Assembly: GCF_009914755.1 (NCBI RefSeq)
Contig: NC_060926.1
DNA length: 64,000 nucleotides
Origin: the human T2T-CHM13v2.0 reference genome, Homo sapiens
Strand: one strand, 5' to 3'
Each line of letters starts with the position of its first letter. The stretch's first letter is position 1. The notes beneath the pieces were generated by a model. That model had not been told where the DNA came from, made no database searches, and worked only from the letters and a program-made list of their open reading frames with translations. This document shows, one piece after another, positions 59,331 to 64,000 of this stretch. The position numbers were made by a program, and so were the translations under genes.

Positions 59331-60684
59331 TACCACACACATCATGGTCCCCTCTGCATTCTCATCACAGTCCTTCTAATCCCCAAGAATGGTGGACAAA
59401 GAGGAAGGAATGACTGTCTACTTTGGAAACCAGGCATGATGATAATACTCTGAAATTTCTGGCAACCACATGAAGGAGAATAGGCACAGCCAGGGTCTGA
59501 AGATATCTAACATATATCAAATGCAGAATTTGGAGCAAATTAAGCGGATATTAACTGCAAGGAGATGGAATAAAAATAGGAGCATTTAGACAGACCTTCA
59601 GGAAAGTTTCCCACCATGAGCCTGGACTGTGCCAAACCCCAAGCATTTGGAAAACAGCTTGAGATGTTCAGCAAGTCCCAAATGCAAGCATTTGGGGATG
59701 GTTTGCGCTGTCTTAATTGTCCTTGTTTCCACTAGAGTAGCTTGACAAGGCACTCATTTGCTGAATTTCTTCCAGATAAAGAGTGGTTTCTTATTCGATA
59801 CAGTTAGAGCCTCTCCCCCCGCCCTTTTTTTTTCCTCTTCTTTCTTTCCCCTTTTCTTTGTTGTTGGCCAAAGCTCTTCCCAGGAGACCACAGATTTCTC
59901 TCAATGAGGACTGTTTTCATTATCAGGTATGATGAGCATATTGAGGAAGTTGATTTATATTCAGTTAGAAGTTTCTCTTTAAGAGAAGAAAAGTGATCAT
60001 CTCTCCTCTTAAAGTAGCTGGCACTTGTGCTGCAAATGTATTAAACGTTTCCAGATTAAATTCCAGCAGAGTACAGTCTATCTTTGTACAGGGATAATGG
60101 ACTACAGTGTTTAGACAGACCCCTGCTTTCTGCCATGGAGGAGAAGGTTCAGGTATAATGCACAGAGACAAAAGGCTGCAGCAACCCAAACAGAAGTGCT
60201 GAGAACTGGCTGATACACCAGAGTCATCCAAAATGCCCTGGAGACTAAGGTGAGGAGGCTGCACTGAGCTAAGGTAGCACTCACCTTCCCAGGATCAAAA
60301 GGTAATATGCAGCAAAAAAGATCGGACATTCAGTTTGGCCAGGCCATGCTCTCAGGACATTTGGTGTGAACATACTAGTGGCGGAACACCAAGCCCAGTG
60401 GCAATGCATCCACATGACACAACCCCTATGAGACGAGAAAAGTTCTGGGGATACAGTTGGGAGATAGTGGAGAGGTCAATGATGGAAGACTGGTCTTTTC
60501 TTTTGACAAATTGGGGGTTGTTTTTAAGCAGAAAGAGGACAGCCCCAAATTTGCCAGTGCTCATTATGCATATTGCTCACTCATGAAGAACTGAGATCCA
60601 AGTAAACTTAAAATCATCTTGTCCTTCAACCTACTGATATTCGCAGGCTAACTCAATCACAGGGCGGTCTATCAGACCTTGCAG

Positions 60685-61075
60685 GCTGTCTACCGAATAT
60701 CCTTTCTTGTATCATCTTGATAAGAGAACCCTGATTTTGTTAGGGGTGGGTGTAATTGACTTAATTGTGTCAGTTTCCACGCTATACTTTTCAGCATTCC
60801 ATGCAAGAAGGACTAGCTTTGGAGTACAGTTTTAGCTAAGGAGGTATAAGCAGAAATCTGTGCGGATTTCCAGTAAAGTTTTCTTTTTTCAGGTGAGGGT
60901 TGAAACCATCTTGCTCCCTTTTTTATCTTCCTGTTTTAAATATGACTGTGAGGCTAGAATTTAGCAGCCATTTTGTGACAACGAGGATGACAGCCATGCG
61001 CTGAGATGGGGGAGCAGAAAAATGGAAGGAGCCTGAGACTTGATGGGTCTCCAGCAGCAGACCTAGACTACCTCC
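60685..61075 (+). mobile_element. MLT1 (I/J/K-type) LTR relic
   Basis: agaaccctgattttgttagg...gcagccattttgtgac...ggagcagaaaaatggaaggagcctg. Confidence 0.65.
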
Positions 61076-61145
61076 TTCTGCATCCACCAGTCCCCTCACC
61101 CACCCACCCCTTCTACATCCACCAGTCCCCTCACCCACCCACCCC
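61074..61145. repeat. 35-bp tandem duplication, each unit with a G-quadruplex motif on the minus strand
   Basis: ccttct(g/a)catccaccagtcccctcacccacccacc x2. Confidence 0.9.
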
Positions 61146-61159
61146 ACACATATACACAC

Positions 61160-62946
61160 ACTTCTCCACCTCAGGAAACGCAACCATCATCTTCCCCAAA
61201 GCTCTAGGAGTCATCCTTGATTTTCCCGTTTCTCTTACCATCCCCTCTACTCTTGTATATTCCATCTATTACCAAATTCTATCAATTCTACCAGCAAAAT
61301 AGATCTAAAATTCATCTCCTTTTCATGTCTGCTGCTGCTTCTGCAGTGAACTCTTTGACACCTGGAATGTTGCAAGAGTCTCTTACTGAGTCTCTCCACA
61401 AGGGCTTGGCTTCCTGCAGTTACCTCTACACAACAGCAGAAGTGCTTTCCCAAAACAGGCCTGATGGCATCACTCCTCACTCCCCACTTAACACCCTTCT
61501 GGCTTTCCACTGCATTGAGTTTCTCATGAAAGCCCTGAGGCCCTGCATTGCAGGGAAAAGAAAGAGAGATCAGACTGTTACTGTGTCTATGTAGAAAAGG
61601 AAGACATAAGAAACTCCATTTTGATCTATACCCTGAACAATTGTTTTGCCTTGAGATGCTGTTAATCTGTAACTTTAGCCCCAACCTTGTGCTCACAGAA
61701 ACATGCGTTGTATGGAATCAAGGTTTAAGGGATCTAGGGCTGTGCAGGATGCGCCTTGTTAACAATATGTTTGCAGGCAGTATGCTTGGTAAAAGTCATC
61801 GCCATTCTCCATTCTCGATTAACCAGGGGCACAATGCACTGCAGAAAGCCGCAGGGACCTCTGCCCAGGAAAACCAGGTATTGTCCATGGTTTCTCCCCA
61901 TGTGATGGTCTGAAATATGGCCTCGTGAGATGAGAGACCTGACCGTTCCCCAGCCCGACATCCGTGAAGGGTCTGTGTTGAGGTGGATTAGTAAAAGAGG
62001 AAAGCCTCTTGCAGTTGAGATAGACGAAGGCCACTGTCTCCTGCCTGCCCCTGGGAACTGAATGTCTTGGTATAAAACCCGATTGTACATTTGTTCAATT
62101 CTGAGATAGGAGAAAAAACACACTATGGCAGGAGGCGAGACATGTTGGCAGCAATGCTGCTTTGTTATTCTTTACTCCACTGAGATGTTTGGGCGGAAAG
62201 AAACATAAATCTGGCCTACATGCACATCCAGGCATAGTACCTTCCCTTGAACTTATTTGTGACACAGATTCCTTTGCTCACATGTTTTCTTGCTGACCTT
62301 CTCCCAACTATCACCCTGTTCTCCTGCTGCATTCCCGTTGCTGAGATAGTGAAAATAATAATAACTGAGGGAACTCAGAGACCGGGGCCAGTGCAGGTCC
62401 TCCGTATGCTGAACGCCAGTCTCCTGGGCCCACTGTTCTTTCTCTATACTTTGTCTCTGTGTCTTATTTCTTTTCTCAGTCTCTCGTCCCCCCTGATGGG
62501 AATACCCACAGGTGTGGAGGGGCAGGCCACCCCTTCACTGCATTACCTGGCTCCTGGCCACCTCTCCAACTTCTCTCACCACCCTTCCCTCTTCTTCCAG
62601 TGGCTCAAAACCACTCATTCTCACTCGAAATGTTCCTGCCTTCAGTTCAGCTCTATTTCATCCTTCAGGTCTTAGCTTAAGTATCATGAAAATTTTTCTG
62701 ACCACCATGTCTAGAGGAAATTACCCTGCTGTTGCTCTCAATCCTGACCCACTCCCTTCTTAACACTTTTACAACTTGCAATGATTGAATTGGCTTGCTT
62801 ACCTGTAGTTATTTGGTTTCGGACAACAGACTCCACTAAGACAGGGTCCGCATCTTTTTTGTTATTTTTTATTCCTAGTGCCTAGCTTACTGCCTGGGAC
62901 ATAGTTAGAGCTCAGTAAATATTTGTGAAATTAATGGCGAATGAAT
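61160..62946 (+). mobile_element. L2 3' region split by the LTR5
   Basis: ctaggagtcatccttga... before the LTR; ...gcctgggacatagttagagctcagtaaatatttg...gaatgaat after it. Confidence 0.7.
61549..62537 (+). mobile_element. Solo HERV-K(HML-2) LTR, older LTR5A/LTR5B type, 989 bp
   Basis: TG...CA termini (tgcagggaaaagaaagagagatcagactg ... ggccaccccttca); perfect 6-bp TSD ctgcat at 61543-61548 and 62538-62543; TATAAA at 62071-62076. Confidence 0.96.
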
Positions 62947-63183
62947 TTTATTTGGATATGATATGATGCAGTATATGAAATTTTTCACTTGATAGAAGTA
63001 TAATATGGAAATTTCTATCACAATGTTTATTTTAAGCTACTGTTTAGAAATCATATATAACATATACTTTTAAGCTCATTTATTTTTACTTTCTCACTTT
63101 TCAGTTGATGCTTATGTCAGAAAACATAATTTGAGTCATGAATGCATATTAAGACATAGATTGAAATTTAACTTTATGGCATC

Positions 63184-63281
63184 AAAATACTTTCCTGACC
63201 TTGAAATATCCTTTTTTTCATAATATTCTTATAAAATACTTTCTGACCATGAAATATTATTTTTCATATAATTCTTACAAA
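63184..63281. repeat. Diverged 49-bp tandem duplication
   Basis: aaaatacttt(c)ctgacc(t/a)tgaaatat...attctta twice, starting at 63184 and 63233. Confidence 0.8.
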
Positions 63282-63452
63282 AACTAGATTCGCTTAATAT
63301 TTCTATTTCTAAATGGAAAGATCAGAAAGACTTTTTCAGATTGGAATACAAATTCCAAAGAAACTACTTCTTTGGAAATCACACATGGGTGTTGTAAATA
63401 AACTTATTCCTGGGTAACAGCATGGTCTGTGGAATTAGAAAACCTGGATTCA

Positions 63453-63795
<343 letters not shown>

Positions 63796-64000
63796 TCATT
63801 TACTATCTGTGTAACATAGAGCAAACTGTGTGCCTTATTTGTGCCTTAACTTTCTCAGCAGTACTATCGGGATAGTAGTAACATCCATCGGAGAGTTGTG
63901 TAATGTTTCAATGAGAAAATGCATTGTAAACATGTGTCAAAGTACTTGGAATATAGCAAACACCACCTAATTTTAGATATTGTATGAGTTTCCTAGAGCT

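Overview
Primate (very probably human) non-coding genomic DNA, roughly half recognisable transposon relics. I see no protein-coding gene, tRNA/rRNA/snRNA, CpG island or CRISPR array, and I cannot name the locus. Main elements: a 5'-truncated L1PA4 (1765-3369), a 5'-truncated L1PB1 (12173-15849, minus), a long old L1M (23165-28250, minus), a full-length but dead L1PA5 (34114-40293), eleven Alus, MaLR/ERVL LTRs, several DNA-transposon MITEs, MIR/L2/L3 relics and a solo HERV-K(HML-2) LTR5 with a perfect 6-bp TSD (61549-62537). The most unusual structure is at 47.5-51 kb. Two separate pieces of one ancient L1M 5' region were copied a short distance downstream (about 1 kb and 3 kb) in the same orientation. 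Each copy is flanked by a target-site duplication and junction microhomology, and the larger one carries the L1M/THE1D junction, which shows it is a local copy. Other points of interest: a probable L1PB1 3' transduction of a MER2 fragment with its own AATAAA and second tail, an intact and extended antisense ORF0 in an L1PA5 whose YY1 site is destroyed, an LTR5 that kept its TATA box but lost its poly(A) signal, and a probable retrocopy of an mRNA 3' end. Subfamily names come from remembered consensus sequences, and boundaries of old repeats are approximate.
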